Source: Selaginella moellendorffii
Lineage: Eukaryota > Plantae > Lycopodiophyta
Direction: 5' to 3'
DNA length: 64,000 bases
Assembly: GCF_000143415.4 (NCBI RefSeq)
Contig: NW_003314269.1
Span: 3,539,969 to 3,603,968, forward strand
In this document: positions 12,148 to 24,646 of the stretch, piece by piece
Position numbering within the stretch: the stretch's first letter is position 1
How the letters are laid out: each line of letters opens with the position of its first letter
The notes under the pieces: model-generated
Told to the model about the DNA's origin: nothing
What the model saw: only the letters and a program-made list of their open reading frames with translations
Database searches by the model: none
Position numbers and translations under genes: made by a program

Positions 12148-14540
12148 TGCTTGTTTATGAACCTTTATCTCGTACTTGGGGTATTACATTAATGTTGGAC
12201 AAATATATAACTTGATAATATAAGTTTAGTATTTGGGTTTTATGAAGACATGTTGAATAATGGTTATTAGTTGCTTTGTGGCTAGTGATTGTTTATAGAT
12301 TTTGTCAAAGACTTTAACATTTGCTTCACTCAATGATGATTTAGTAGTGATAGACTTGCTTTGCTGAATGGTGTTATAAAGGATCATGTTGTGGGCTTGT
12401 ATAGTTTCTCCATATTAACATGTTGACTTTACCTTTGTTAATATCATTTTGGCTACATTTAGTCCATAATGCTGGATTATATTAAGTTTTAGATGTGGTG
12501 ATTTACTCCTTGATGACGTGTTATTTGTAATTGAGTATTGTTGAAAGGTTAGTCTCGGATACTATGTAAAGTATTTTCAACTATGGTTAGTTTGGTTGCT
12601 AAAGAGTTTTGAGTGATGATTCACTCTTGCTTTCTTTTAGCTTTGCTCTAGTGTTGATAGCATTGAAGTGATGTCCTATTATTGATATTATTGTTGTTGA
12701 GATTCAAGTGAAACAAAATGTCTCTCCATAGGATTGATATTGAGTTTCATTAGTCTTGATGCAAAATAGTGCTAACACTTGGGTTGTAGCTTTGTGTATT
12801 GGCATTCATATATTTGTTAGTTAACAATTTTATTGACGTTCAAATGAACTGAGTAGCAAGTTTGAGTCAGTTATGTTCGAAACAAAATTATTTAATAAAG
12901 GCTGAGATTTGTTTTTTCCTAGAAATATGATTTAGTTGTGAACTATGCTAACTTTATGAAAAGAAAAGTTAATGATCGATATTGAAGATGTTGAGTTTTT
13001 ATTAGATCTAAGTTGAAGATATATATTGATCATTTATTATTCTTCTTGTGTTTGTTATAAAGTGAGTTATATTTTGTTATAGATGGATTCATGGAGGATC
13101 ATTTGATAATCACTTGTTGAACATAGCTTTGTTATATTTGGCTTTTAGATTGATGCAAAAATGCTCTTCATTAGCTTTGTATTATGAGGTTTAGCTAATA
13201 GATGTGTTGAGGAAGATAATATAGGTTGTACCATGATTTTTTCTTTAGTATTGAAGTTAGTTCATATAAGACTTGTGATCATTATTAAGCAAGACTTGGT
13301 TATAAGCTTCTTCAAGCTTTTGGTTCCTTGAATCTTTATGCTCATTATTCCATTTGTTATGAATTGTTAGGGGAAGGTATTTTTGGCTTATTAGCTTCGA
13401 TATTAAAGTTAGTATTTGCATTTAGCAATCATTAAAGATGATTGACTATTATCTAGAATAATTGATTATCCTTGTCAAAGGTTTTACTTGACTATTATTG
13501 ATATAAAATGCTTTGCTGTTCTTTGAGATGGTGGATTCTTTCTTTGACAATAATTATGCATTTCTTTATTGATGGGATGATTAATGATCTTTTATGATAA
13601 TGAGTTGTTCTCTTTAATAGCTTTTGGCTTTCCGCAATACCACATATTCTTTGTGGTTTACTTTGGATTGGTCTTTTGGGTTTTAGACATTAGTAGGATA
13701 TTGATGACATTTGCTTAAGCAACTTGAGTTCCTTCATATTGTTGATTGAGATTTATTCAGATTGGGTAATACAATAATTGGCATAAACGAGTGTTTATTC
13801 GTTTTGCCACATTCATTCTGTTCTATTGATTGTTGCTAAGGTTGGTTTTGATAAATTAAGATGTTATTTTCTTTAGGTTATACATTCATGAGCATTTTTC
13901 TTACCAATCGATGATACTTTGTGTTTTTTAAAGTTATTTTACATAAGTTATTTAGCATGCTATTTGCAATCTTTGATAGTTAAGTTTTATCATTAAATTT
14001 TCTTAATGATACATAGAAGGCATTCCAAATGTATAGTAGGGATAGTGAGTAGGTTAAGTATGATTGACCAACTTGAGGCATAGTTTAGCTCCTACTTACA
14101 TGCTTGTCCTTGTTCTATATCTAACTTAGGTCTAAGCCTAAGTTTCATACTATGTTAGTTGGTAGAGTATCCATATCCTTGCATTAAGCCATTGGTATAT
14201 TAAAATGCCACTAAACTTTATTTGGCTCCACTTTGTGTGTTAGTCTTGGTGTTGGGATGTTGGATGCTCTACAATTGTTCTAAATCACTCCGTGCTCTTG
14301 TCCCTTCATTATTTGGGTTGTACGTTTGGGAGTTATCCTATGCTCTGATTCCTTCATTCCTTAGCTTCATGCTTAAGAGTTTAGCTCTATTCTTTCATTT
14401 AGTGGCCTAAAGCCTTGAAACTTGGGTTCCATTCTGTTATCCTTGGGGATATGTGGTATATAACACGTGGCACATAGAGGGTTTAGGTTTTACTTTATGG
14501 TTATCCTATGGTAAATCACCATAGGATAAAGGGTAAAAAC

Positions 14541-14915
14541 GATAAGCGCTACAAAGGAACAAGGGTATTTATCCCATGTATTACACTAATACCATTAAAT
14601 ACAAAAATTCCATTCAAAATGTCTAAAAGGCAATTTCCAATCCATTTGGGTCCAAATGCCAAGAATAAATATTTGACTGAGTTGGAGTTTACTTGCCCCA
14701 CCCAATTTTCACTCATGAGCAACTTTATATGGCTTTATCAAAATGCACATCACCATATGGACTTAGAATTAAAGTTCAAAACACCACATGCCAAAGCCAC
14801 CTCCTTCAAGATCCTTTTATTTTTACAATTAACATTGTCTATAAAGAGGTTTTATATTAAACCTCTTTTTAAACTACTTAGCATTTGCTAGGCAAGTACA
14901 AGTACATCCCACTAG
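14541..14915 (+). mobile_element. Helitron 3' fragment (PIF1-like helicase C-terminus)
   Basis: VFIPCITL...PFKMSKRQFPIHL, then in another frame GVYLPHPIFTHEQLYMALS and NIVYKEV, which is a typical RepHel end. A possible CTAG terminus lies at 14912-14915. Confidence 0.75.
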
Positions 14916-14943
14916 CCATTAGATCCCAGGCCTGGTAGCCATG

Positions 14944-14963
14944 GTTTAGGGTTTAGGGTTTAG
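14944..14963 (+). repeat. Short interstitial plant telomere repeat (TTTAGGG)
   Basis: GTTTAGGGTTTAGGGTTTAG. Confidence 0.8.
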
Positions 14964-14988
14964 AGTTCTGTACTTTGTGTCCTGAAAA

Positions 14989-15200
14989 TATGCTCAGCTG
15001 GGTGATCAATAACATTAAAAATATCATTAAAAATATTTAACTATTCTTGATTAAATTGAGGAATATTTTGTTCTGTGAAAATTTTATGGACTCAACACAA
15101 ATATATCAATATGTTGAACAAAATATTCCTCAATTTAATCAAGAATAGTTAAATATTTTTAATGATATTCATAATGTTATTGATCACCCAGCTGAGCATA
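14989..15200. repeat. Inverted repeat with ~85-bp arms, made of Helitron sequence
   Basis: TATGCTCAGCTGGGTGATCAATAAC...GAATATTTTGTTC (14989-15073) is nearly the exact reverse complement of 15116-15200. Homologous to ~18000-18120. Confidence 0.9.
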
Positions 15201-15300
15201 ATTGATATATTTTCAAGACACAAAGCGTAGAAACCTTGATATTTTGCCCTTACGAAGCTTTTATACAACTATTTAGAATATTCCAAGAATTGGAAAATTC

Positions 15301-15313
15301 CTCTCTCTCTTTT

Positions 15314-15354
<41 letters not shown>

Positions 15355-15460
15355 ACCCACGGCTGCAACTAAGGAGTAACAAGAGTAGGAGTTGGAGTGG
15401 GAGTAGGAGTTGGAACAGGAGTAAGAGTGGGAGTAGGAGTAAGAGCAAGAGTAAGAGTAG
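15301..15460. repeat. (CT)n microsatellite followed by a degenerate (AGGAGT)n hexamer repeat
   Basis: Visible directly in the sequence. Confidence 0.9.
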
Positions 15461-16067
15461 TCTCTTTTTCAAGATGCCCATAGTTGTAACAGGTGACCAT
15501 AGTGGATTGCCATAGGTTCCGACGTGGTGAAAATCCATGACCAAGCTGAAGAAGTCTAATGCCATGAGCTGGTAATTGTTTCAAGTGGTAGAAATAAGAA
15601 AAGACAAAAGAAAAGAAATAGAAAAATTGAAAAGGGAAATGGAGTGTGAAATTTTGAGTTAGAGAGAAAACCACATGGGAAAAACTCTAAGCCACAACTG
15701 AATGCTAAAGTCAAGAAAAGTGACAAAAGAGAGAAAAACTAAGGAAAAATGGAAAACTAAGGAAAAACAAAGCATGAATCTGAATTCCAACCTCACAAGT
15801 CCCCACACCTCTGAGAAGTCCTCTGGGCTCCAAGTCTTTTTCCTCACCATCAAGGAGGCTCACTCAAGGATCTAAGCCCCTCACAACACCACTTGGATAT
15901 GGCATATACTAGGTATGGTGCACAATGAGGTGCATCCCTCAAAGGTGGTGGAAACACTGCTCCAATCTTTATTTTCAATTTTGACCACACTTAGAAGTTT
16001 TTGCATGGCTTCTTTGACACTCAAGGAAGTTTTCTTCAGTCTGCAATAGCTCCACATCACCCTAGAG

Positions 16068-16940
16068 TGTTGCAAATGTAACTTTGGGTATCGAAAGATA
16101 CTTGTCGACTAGTCCTTACAGAAACTCTCTCCTTACTGCCACGACGGCAGGAGGTCAGTACTGCTGGTTCCCTTTGTGGTCTTCGCCCAAGCTAGTTGAG
16201 AAATTGGTCAGCACATGTGCACTTAGACCGGAAGGGCACTAAGGATGGAAATCCTAAGTTGTTATTAAGTCAAGCATACTTGATACGGTGACGAGAAATT
16301 CATGATGTTGATTTACACTTGCTAGTGTTGGGAACCCCCGCGATATTGAGGCTAGTCCCTCAATATTTGCTAAATGATAGCTTACCGTGTCTGCTAAACA
16401 CCCTCGCTATCACGCCCTTTGTGTTAGTTTCATTTCAGTCCTAAATGCTATTTATGGAAAGTGTCTAGATTTGCTCATTTGGCATATCTACGGAATGTAG
16501 AGGTCAGCTTGAACACAATGGTGTTCGCCCCGTGTCCAAATTCACAATCTAAGGATATTCCATATTTAGTAAGTTTCAAGCTTGTCCCAGAGACTAACTC
16601 TTGGTACTAAGGGTGGCTTGGGGTGAAAGCCCAAAGCGTGTGTTTCACACAGGGGCTGTGGGGGGTTTCAAATGTATAGTAGGGATAGTAGTTGGAATGC
16701 ATGTCCGACTACCTGAAACATTAGTTTGGCTCTTGCTAAGTTGTGTCGCTCCTTGTTCTGCATCCGGCTTGGGTCTAAGCCCAAGCTCCACGTTGCTCTA
16801 GTTGGTGGAGTACCCTCCTCCTCACGTTAGGCCACCGGTATGCCAAAATTGTGCCAGACTCCGTCTGACACCATTTTGCATGCAGGTGCTGGATACGGGG
16901 AGCTGGTGCTCGTGGGATTGCACCGGACCCTCGTTCGTAG
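16068..16940 (+). mobile_element. Partial family-A-related LTR (variant 3' part)
   Basis: Begins TGTTGCAAATGTAACTTTGGGTATCGAAA and is colinear with 22329 onward. Its 3' part matches the variant at 50800-50870. Confidence 0.85.
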
Positions 16941-17472
16941 AGTACTAGGAGTTAGTCTCTGAGACTAACTTGAAACTTACTAAATATGGAATGACACTAG
17001 ATTGTGAATTTGGGCATGGGATGAACACCATTGTATTCAAGACAATATCTACATTCCGTAGATATACCAAATTAGCAAATCTAAACACTTTCCATAAATA
17101 AGTAATTAAGATCGAATGAAACTAACACAAAATACATGGTAGCAAGGGTGTTTGGCAAACATGATAAACTATCATTTGGCAAATATTAAAGGACCAAGCT
17201 TAATATCGCAGGGTTCCTAACACTAAAAAGTGCAAGTCAACAAAATGAGTTTCTTATTACCATGTTAAATATGCTTGACTAAATGACAACTTAGGATTTC
17301 CTTCCTTAATGTCTTTCTAGTTTAAATGCATATGTGATGACTAGTTTCTCAATTAACTTAGATAGAGATTGATAAAGGATCTAACAATACTAACCTCTTC
17401 ACGTCGTGGCAGTAAAAAAAGAATATCCAAATTGATAGGTAATTTTTGATACCCAAAGTCACAATCGCGACA
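16941..17472 (-). mobile_element. Inverted 5' half of a family-A-related LTR
   Basis: Ends GATACCCAAAGTCACAATCGCGACA, the reverse complement of the LTR start. Pairs with 16068-16610. Confidence 0.85.
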
Positions 17473-20150
17473 CCCTTTAAATTGCCCCATCACAATTCAC
17501 AATATAAAACATTTGGTAATGTATTTTTCACAATGAGACGTATGTCATTACATAGTCCTCCTAATGGAGACATATTCCTTAGGAGGATAAAAATAACATC
17601 TTTTTTGAGAGAGAGTTTATGTGGTGGGAGACCAGAAGGTCTGATAAAATTTAGGAATTCTATTGGAAAGTTTTCAAGATATTTAATGTCAACAAAATTA
17701 ACACTTTTGTATATATATGTATCATCTTGTAATCTAGAGACAATAGTGTTATTGAATGGAAATGTGTCATCATTAAATGGGGTAAGTATAACTCAATTGG
17801 CTACAATATAAAGGTTTGAAATATCAAAAACAAAGTTCAGAAAGTTTAAAAGTAGTGTGTGAAGTTTGCTCATTATAGAGTAAAGTATTTGCAATTCCTG
17901 TCTACACATGCTAAAAACATTTATATTTTTTTAGTTGTAAAAAGTGTTAAAAAAAATGTTTCACCAATACCACCAAGGCTATCAATGAAAATGTATCAAT
18001 TATGCTCAATTGGGTGATCAATAACATTAAGAATATCATTAAAAATATTTAACTGTTCTTGATTAAATTGAGGGACATTTTGTTTAAAATTTTGATATAT
18101 TTGTATTGAGTTGACAACATTTTCATTATCAAATTTTCAAAAGGTAAAGGTAAGTGGTAGTTTTGATTAGTTTTGCCATGCAATTTCATTTTTATATTTA
18201 TATCATATAAAGCATATTCATAATGAAAAATTGGACTTATTTACACATGAAATCCTCAAAAAGGAAGTCTTCATATTTATCCCATAAGAAGTAAAGATTT
18301 TTTGGAGTGCAAAAGACACAAAGTAATACAAATAATTGTCTTAATTGTGATGGCATTCTAAAAAAGCAAGCATCTTCTAAACAATTTTCCCATTTAGTAT
18401 CAACTAAAAGCCTCATTGCCTTTGCAACTTGTTAAAATATGTCATAATAAATATTGTTAACTGGCTTGAGATCATTAAAAAATGTAGCACCTTTTTATGA
18501 AATAAAATAAAACATAAATGATATAGTTCAACATTGGATGGCAACACAGAATACATTTGGGGAATGATATTTCTTAATGTCAAATTAGCAAGTTATAAGT
18601 AAGAGGGTTAAATATATAATATAAAGGGATTTTAAGATATGTATATTTTTTAATATTTAGGTCATTTATATTTAATTCAAACCATTTTGTTAACATTGTA
18701 CCATTTTGAGTAGTTCTTTGAAGTGATATTTATTTAAAACATTGTATAAAATAAACATCTTGAAAATTTAGAAGATAGATAGAAAGGCAGATTAAAAAGG
18801 TCGAATGACTATGCATTTTAAATTTAAAAAGTCTCCATATTGCCTCTGGAGTGGATACATAACTTGTATTTAAAAAAGTTAAAATTTCATCCCAATTTAA
18901 AATTTTATCAGGTTAGTGGGTTATTGAATGGATTTCAATTATAGCACAATCATAACCTTTATAGACATATCAAAATAAATATTTAATAATTTTTATAGTA
19001 GCACAAATTTCAATATTACTTTGATCATTATATTTTTTACAAAAGTATTTATTATAAGGTACTACCCATTGATAATCAATATAGTACCCATTTTTTACAA
19101 ATGTGCGGCCATTATCAAGTCTATAATAATCTGGATATCTATCAACATTAAAAGTAGTTTCATAATTAAATATTCTTGGATAACTTTTTGAGAAAATTCC
19201 ATTTTCCATATAAAGACTATTAGGGTAAATAGACCTATATAAACTATGTATCATATAAAATGTAATTATTTTAAAAATTTCAAATTTATCTTAAGGATCA
19301 AGCAATTGTGCAGAAATGTACTAGTTAATAGCATCACGATCTTTAATCTTGTTTTCATGAAATAAAATCCCGAGAAAGTGACAATGTGGAAGGCCTCTTT
19401 TTTGAAATTCAATTATATATATAAAAGAAATATAGTTTCTGAAAATATATTTTTTAGTAATACAATTCACAAATTCTTTAAATTTGACATGAAATAATCT
19501 AGAAACCAAGTCTAGATGATCCTCAAAGCCTTTATTGCATATAAGTTTTTAAATTTTTTTGGCTATTTGGGATTGCATGTAAAAGTAATGAAAATATTTG
19601 GCTTTGAAAATGAGTAACTATAGCTATTACATTTTGATAATTTTATTGCATTGCTTTAGGGCCACCCCGAAAACTTGAAGGTAAAATAACAATCCTGCCA
19701 TGATAGTAATTTAAATTATTGCTTTCAACTTTTATATAAGAATTGGGAAGATATTATTGTGTGGGTTTGCCTGTATATAAAATTTGATTAAAACCAAGTT
19801 GTATTATATCTCTTATAGATAAATAGTATGCATAATATTGGAGTAATATAATTCTATGTCATGAATTAAAAATATTTTCATGCCAACCTTTGTCACCAAA
19901 AGGAAATATTAATGGGTAAACCATTGGATCACAATTATAATTAAGTGTTGAGATACATTTAGAATTGCTTATAGTTGGATATATATATAAATTGCAATGC
20001 TATGTGGTGGCTCTCCATCATTACTAACAAACATAATAGCAACATCATTTGTCCATGGTGCATTATAGAAGTTACTTCATTTTTTAATAATATATAAACA
20101 CCACATATAGGATAATTTGAAAGTGTAGCAAAACAATTTTCTTCTTTCTA
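17473..20150 (-). mobile_element. Helitron RepHel pseudogene remnant
   Basis: Rep motif YIIEFQKRGLPHCH (19321-19509), YPDYYRLDNG...QWVVPYN (18970-19254) and a degenerate Walker A FIDSLGGIGET near 17960-17990. Very AT-rich with many stops. Confidence 0.88.
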
Positions 20151-20152
20151 TA

Positions 20153-20705
20153 TATAGTGCATGTGGTTTTCACCCTTTATCTTATGATGATTTACCATAG
20201 GATAACCATGAAACAGAACTTAAACCCTTTATATGCCACATGTTACATGCCATATATCACATGCCACATGTCTAACGATAGCAAAGCAAAACCCAGATTT
20301 TAGAATCTTAAGCCATTGAATGAAGAAATAAAGCTAAACTCCCAAACTTAGAGCTAAGGAGTGAAGGAATTGGAGTATGGAGTGATTTTTTAGCATTCAG
20401 CCTAAGGAGCAAGGGGATAGGAGCACGGAGTGACATAAGAATAGTCTTATAGCATCTAACATCCCAATGTTAGGATTAATATACAAAATGAAGCCAAACA
20501 AAGTTTAGTGTTATTTTAGCATACCAGTGGACTAATGCAAAGATATGAGTGTTCCACCAGCTAGCATGGTGTGAAACTTGGGCTTAAACCCAATCTCGAT
20601 GCAAAACAAAGATAGGCATGCAAACAAGAGCTAAACTATGCCTTAGGTTGGTCATCCATACTTAATCTAACCACTATTTTTATTATACATTTAGAACCCC
20701 CCCAC
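20153..20705 (-). mobile_element. Inverted 3' half of a family-A LTR
   Basis: Reverse complement of ~22925-23475 (CATGTGGTTTTCACCCTTTATC...). Confidence 0.85.
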
Positions 20706-22068
20706 AAAACCAAATTCCATATTTGCTAAAGTTGTTTTTGTTAACATTATTCTCAACCAATGGTTCTAGAAATAAATTTACTCCTTATGGAGGAAAAACT
20801 CCACAAACACCAAGACAAGTGAGCACGAAAAAACCATTATTGCCTAGGGACTTAAGCCTCCTTATGCTCTAGTGCTAATTGTCACCATGGCCATCCAAAG
20901 GTTCATCGTCCTCAGCACCAGCCTCTTCCGTAATGCCATTGTTCCTCTTCATCACACCACCACTTACTCTTTACTTTTCACCAAACCCTTTTTTGTATTT
21001 TGTCTTACTAGGGTTTCCACCCCCACAATGGATAACTACCCCAAGGGTCACGGCCTTAGGATTATTGCTAATTACCCATTAATTAATCACACTTAGTTTT
21101 AAAAAAAAGAGAAACCCATGATCTTGACTTTGTCTTGATTGTGAGCACACTCTAGCCCCTTGACACTCCTATTGGATCTATGTTTAAGCAAGGCAAATGG
21201 CTATAAAAAGTTTGTAACATACCTCAAAATATAGTGATTACATCAAAAGATAATCAAAATATAAACATTAGGCAATGTCGATGCATGTTACTCAAAAGTT
21301 AAAAGAGATATCAAAATAAACAAAATAATAGAGCATACCACTAATGTTAAGTATGAGGTTAGAGTTTGCATCCCTTGTAATTCCAAATCAACTATTACAT
21401 TGTTGTAACAGAAGCAAACAAAGGTCATATTAAATTATCAGGAATGCCATTGTGCTTGCTAACATGGACATTGTTTCCAATCAACACTTCTTCAACATGA
21501 GGAGGTGTGTTTCCAAGCTGGGGAGTTACCATAACATTGCATAGAGTTAAATAAAACTTTTTTTAGATTAGCAACATACCTGCTTATAGACTTAGAAACT
21601 TACTATAAATATCCCCTAGACTCTAATCTAACATATAGGATTTACTATTGTTTACCTATTGAAGATGTGATGGAGTAGAGAGATAATCAACTACATCACT
21701 ACTTGAGGACAAAAGTATACAATCCATTCTTAGAGCAGGGACAAAAAGACAAAAAGAGGAACATTCGGAATGGAATGTTCAATATACAATCAACATATAA
21801 TCTGAAACTAATGCATGAGTAAATTCTGACACATTATATGGCAGTACCCAATAAAAATAATGCAACTTGTCTGTGGGATATAAGATGGTATTGGTAGAAA
21901 TATAATATTGTAAAAATACAAACAAATAAAGATACATTTCTGTTTCTTACTAAAATAGTGATGATGGAATCAAGTCCATCTCATATGCCTAGTGGTAGTC
22001 ATGAGCACACCATCCACCGCCCATCCAAGCGTTGCAGTTATAGAGTGTGCAGCAAGATTCTCCACTTC

Positions 22069-22328
22069 TGTCGCAAATATGACTTCGAGTATTGAAAAAT
22101 GCTTGTTGGGCAGTCCTTACGGACACTCTTTCTTTACTGCCATGACAGTAAGAGGTTAATATTGTTAGTTCCTTTTATGGTCTCCACTCAAACTAATTAA
22201 GACACTAGTTATCACATATGCACTTGACTAAATAAATATAAGGATGGAATTCCTAAATGCTATTAGTTAAGCATACTTGACTTGGTTAGAGAAACTCATT
22301 CATTGGTTTACATTTATTAGTGTTGAGA
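22069..22328 (+). mobile_element. Older family-A-related LTR, left piece (resumes at 50281)
   Basis: Starts TGTCGCAAATATGACTTCGAG. Joining ...TAGTGTTGAGA to ACCCCCATAATATTAAGACTAGTCCC (50281) reproduces the uninterrupted LTR sequence seen at 16323-16360. Confidence 0.85.
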
Positions 22329-23475
22329 TGTCGCGAATGTGACTTCGGGTATCGAAAGTTACCTATCGACTAATCCTTACCGACACTCTTACCTTACTGC
22401 CACGATGGCAGGAGGTCGGTATTGCTAGACCCTTCATCAGTCCCTCTTGTGCTAATGGAATTTACTGAGCATTTCGAGTGTACTTAGACCGGACGAGCAT
22501 AAGGACAGAATTTTTACGTGTTATTAGCTAAGCATACTTAGCCCAGTAAGGAGTTCCCATCTCGTTTTGTCTTGCACTTGCTAGTGACAAGAACCCTCAT
22601 GTATTGAGATTGGTCCCTCAATATCGCTGGATGATAGCTTACTATATCTACCAAACACCCTCGCTATTATGCCCTTTGTGTTAGTTTCATTTCGGTCCCA
22701 AATGCTATTTATGGAAAGTGTCTAGATTTGCTCATTTGGCATATTTACGGAATGTAAAGATCGGCCTGAACACAACGATGTTCGTCCCGTGTCTAAATTC
22801 GCAATCTAGCACTATTCCATATTTAGTAAGTTTCAAGCTTGTCCCAGAGACTAACTCCTGATACTAAGGGAGGCTTGGGGTGAAAGCCCAAAGCGTGTTC
22901 CTCAAGGGGGGGGGGGGGGTTGTCGGGGGTTCCAAATGTATAGTAGGGATAGTGAGTAGGTCGGGCATGGCTGACCAACCTGAGGCATAGTTTAGCTCCC
23001 GCTTGTGTGCCTGTTTTTGTTCTGTGTCCAGCTTGGGTCTAAGCCCAAGTTCCATTCCATGCTAGCTGGTGGAGTACCCATATCCTCACGTTAGGCCACC
23101 GGTATGCCGAAATAGCGCTAGACTCCGTTTGGCTCTGTTTTGCGTGTTGGTCCTAGCATTGGGATGTTGGTTGCTCCAGGACTGTTCCAAGTCACTCCAA
23201 GCTCCTGTCCCTTCGCTCCTTGGGCTGCATGCTCGGGAGTTGCTCCATGGTCCGGTTCCATCACTCCTTGGCTTCATGCTTGGGAGTTTGGCATCGTTCC
23301 TTCGTTCAGTGGCCCAAGGCCTTGAACCTCGGGTTCCACACCACTGTCCTATGGACACGTGGCATATAACACATGGCATATGTCATGTGGCACAAAGAGG
23401 GTTTAGGTTCCACTTTGTGGTGTTATCTTATGGTAAATCACCATAGGATAAAGGGTCAAAACCACGTGTGCTACA
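22329..23475 (+). repeat. 5' LTR, family A
   Basis: TGTCGCGAATGTG...CACGTGTGCTACA, highly similar to 49133-50275. Confidence 0.96.
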
Positions 23476-23477
23476 AT

Positions 23478-23489
23478 TGGTATCAGAGC
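23478..23489 (+). promoter_or_regulatory. PBS (initiator tRNA-Met)
   Basis: TGGTATCAGAGC, 2 nt after the LTR. Confidence 0.95.
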
Positions 23490-24646
23490 AAATGGCACGG
23501 GTTCGATTCTCATTGATTAGTGGCTACTTAAAAATATAATATACCCTTGAGCAAGGTATATTCCTACCCCTAAATTTGAAATCGTACGTATTGGACATCC
23601 ATGTGTATGTCCTTCCTCTTGTGTGGAGTATCCACGGACGAAGGTATCCACTATGGGATTGCGGTACGGGTGGATGACTAGTTGTCTCATATGGAATAGC
23701 TGGTCTACACAATGGAAGGATTGGTAGATTGAGTGCGGAAATGGAAGTGCTGGTTCCCTTTGGCTCAATAGGGGTTGTTAGTCAATAATCAATGAAGACA
23801 TTGACATCTTTAAAGGGGGGGTGAGTGTAGCATATGTGATCATGAGATGAGATTTAGATATACTGTCACTGTGAATCTTTGGAACCTTGGGGGATAAATG
23901 GGGATAAAATAGCCACTAAGGGCTCTCTCATCAAGCAATTGCCCCTTTTCCAATTGGCTTAAGGGGAGAGAGATAAGGTGCACTATAATGGTGAGTTGTG
24001 GGGTGGATAGTAGTGAAGCGCTAAACCATTTTGTCTAGGCTTGCTATTAGAAGACTTGGGTTGCAATGCTCAATTCTTTTCTAGGGAACCTTGTTATTGC
24101 TCCTTAAGTAGCTTGGTGTTGGATTAGTGTTCAGTTTGGTCGGATAAAGAGTGGCATGAGCTTGTCCGTATTATGAACACAAGTTAATGGTGTTGGGTGT
24201 TGTAAATTTCTATCGGTGGAGTGTGGCATTTATGTTGCATTTCATCAAGTTGAGTTGGCACTTGATATTCATGTAAACCTTTGAAGTAATGACATTAGCA
24301 TTGCTCGTAGTGTTACTCAATTGATGATCAAGTCATTGTGATACTTATATCATATCCATGTGATAATGAGCAATATATTTATGAAGTTGCTTGGTTACGA
24401 TGATCAACTCTAAAGTGGTTGATAGTGAAGCTAGTCTACTTGCACGAAGTAACATTGTAGTAGCTTTGACTAGATTCTCGATGGTGGTTCATTATGCTAA
24501 GCTTAAGTTGGTTCCTTGTTTCTTGTTTCCTTAAGGGTTTGCCCATAAGGTGTTGGAAAAGAGTTGTAGCATTCACTTACTATAGCTTGTTGGTTTATCC
24601 GTTAATACTTAGAGTAGATTGTTGGATAGAGAAGGTGTAAGGTTGA

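Larger units (their letters stand above)
1..14540 (+). mobile_element. Decayed, internally deleted family-A LTR retroelement, interrupted by the Gypsy element at 1851-12147
   Basis: 1-~280 matches the family-A LTR (22860-23170) and then jumps to internal sequence like 24055 onward, so the LTR end and PBS are deleted. 285-1850 and 12153-~14010 are colinear with 24055-24646 plus 32153-35000. ~14020-14540 matches the LTR 3' half (...TAGGATAAAGGGTAAAAAC). No ORFs. Confidence 0.8.

Noticed and set aside
20706-22068. Unassigned AT-rich stretch (also 15460-16067)
   Set aside because: No supportable ORF or terminal structure; it may be Helitron upstream sequence, but I cannot show that.
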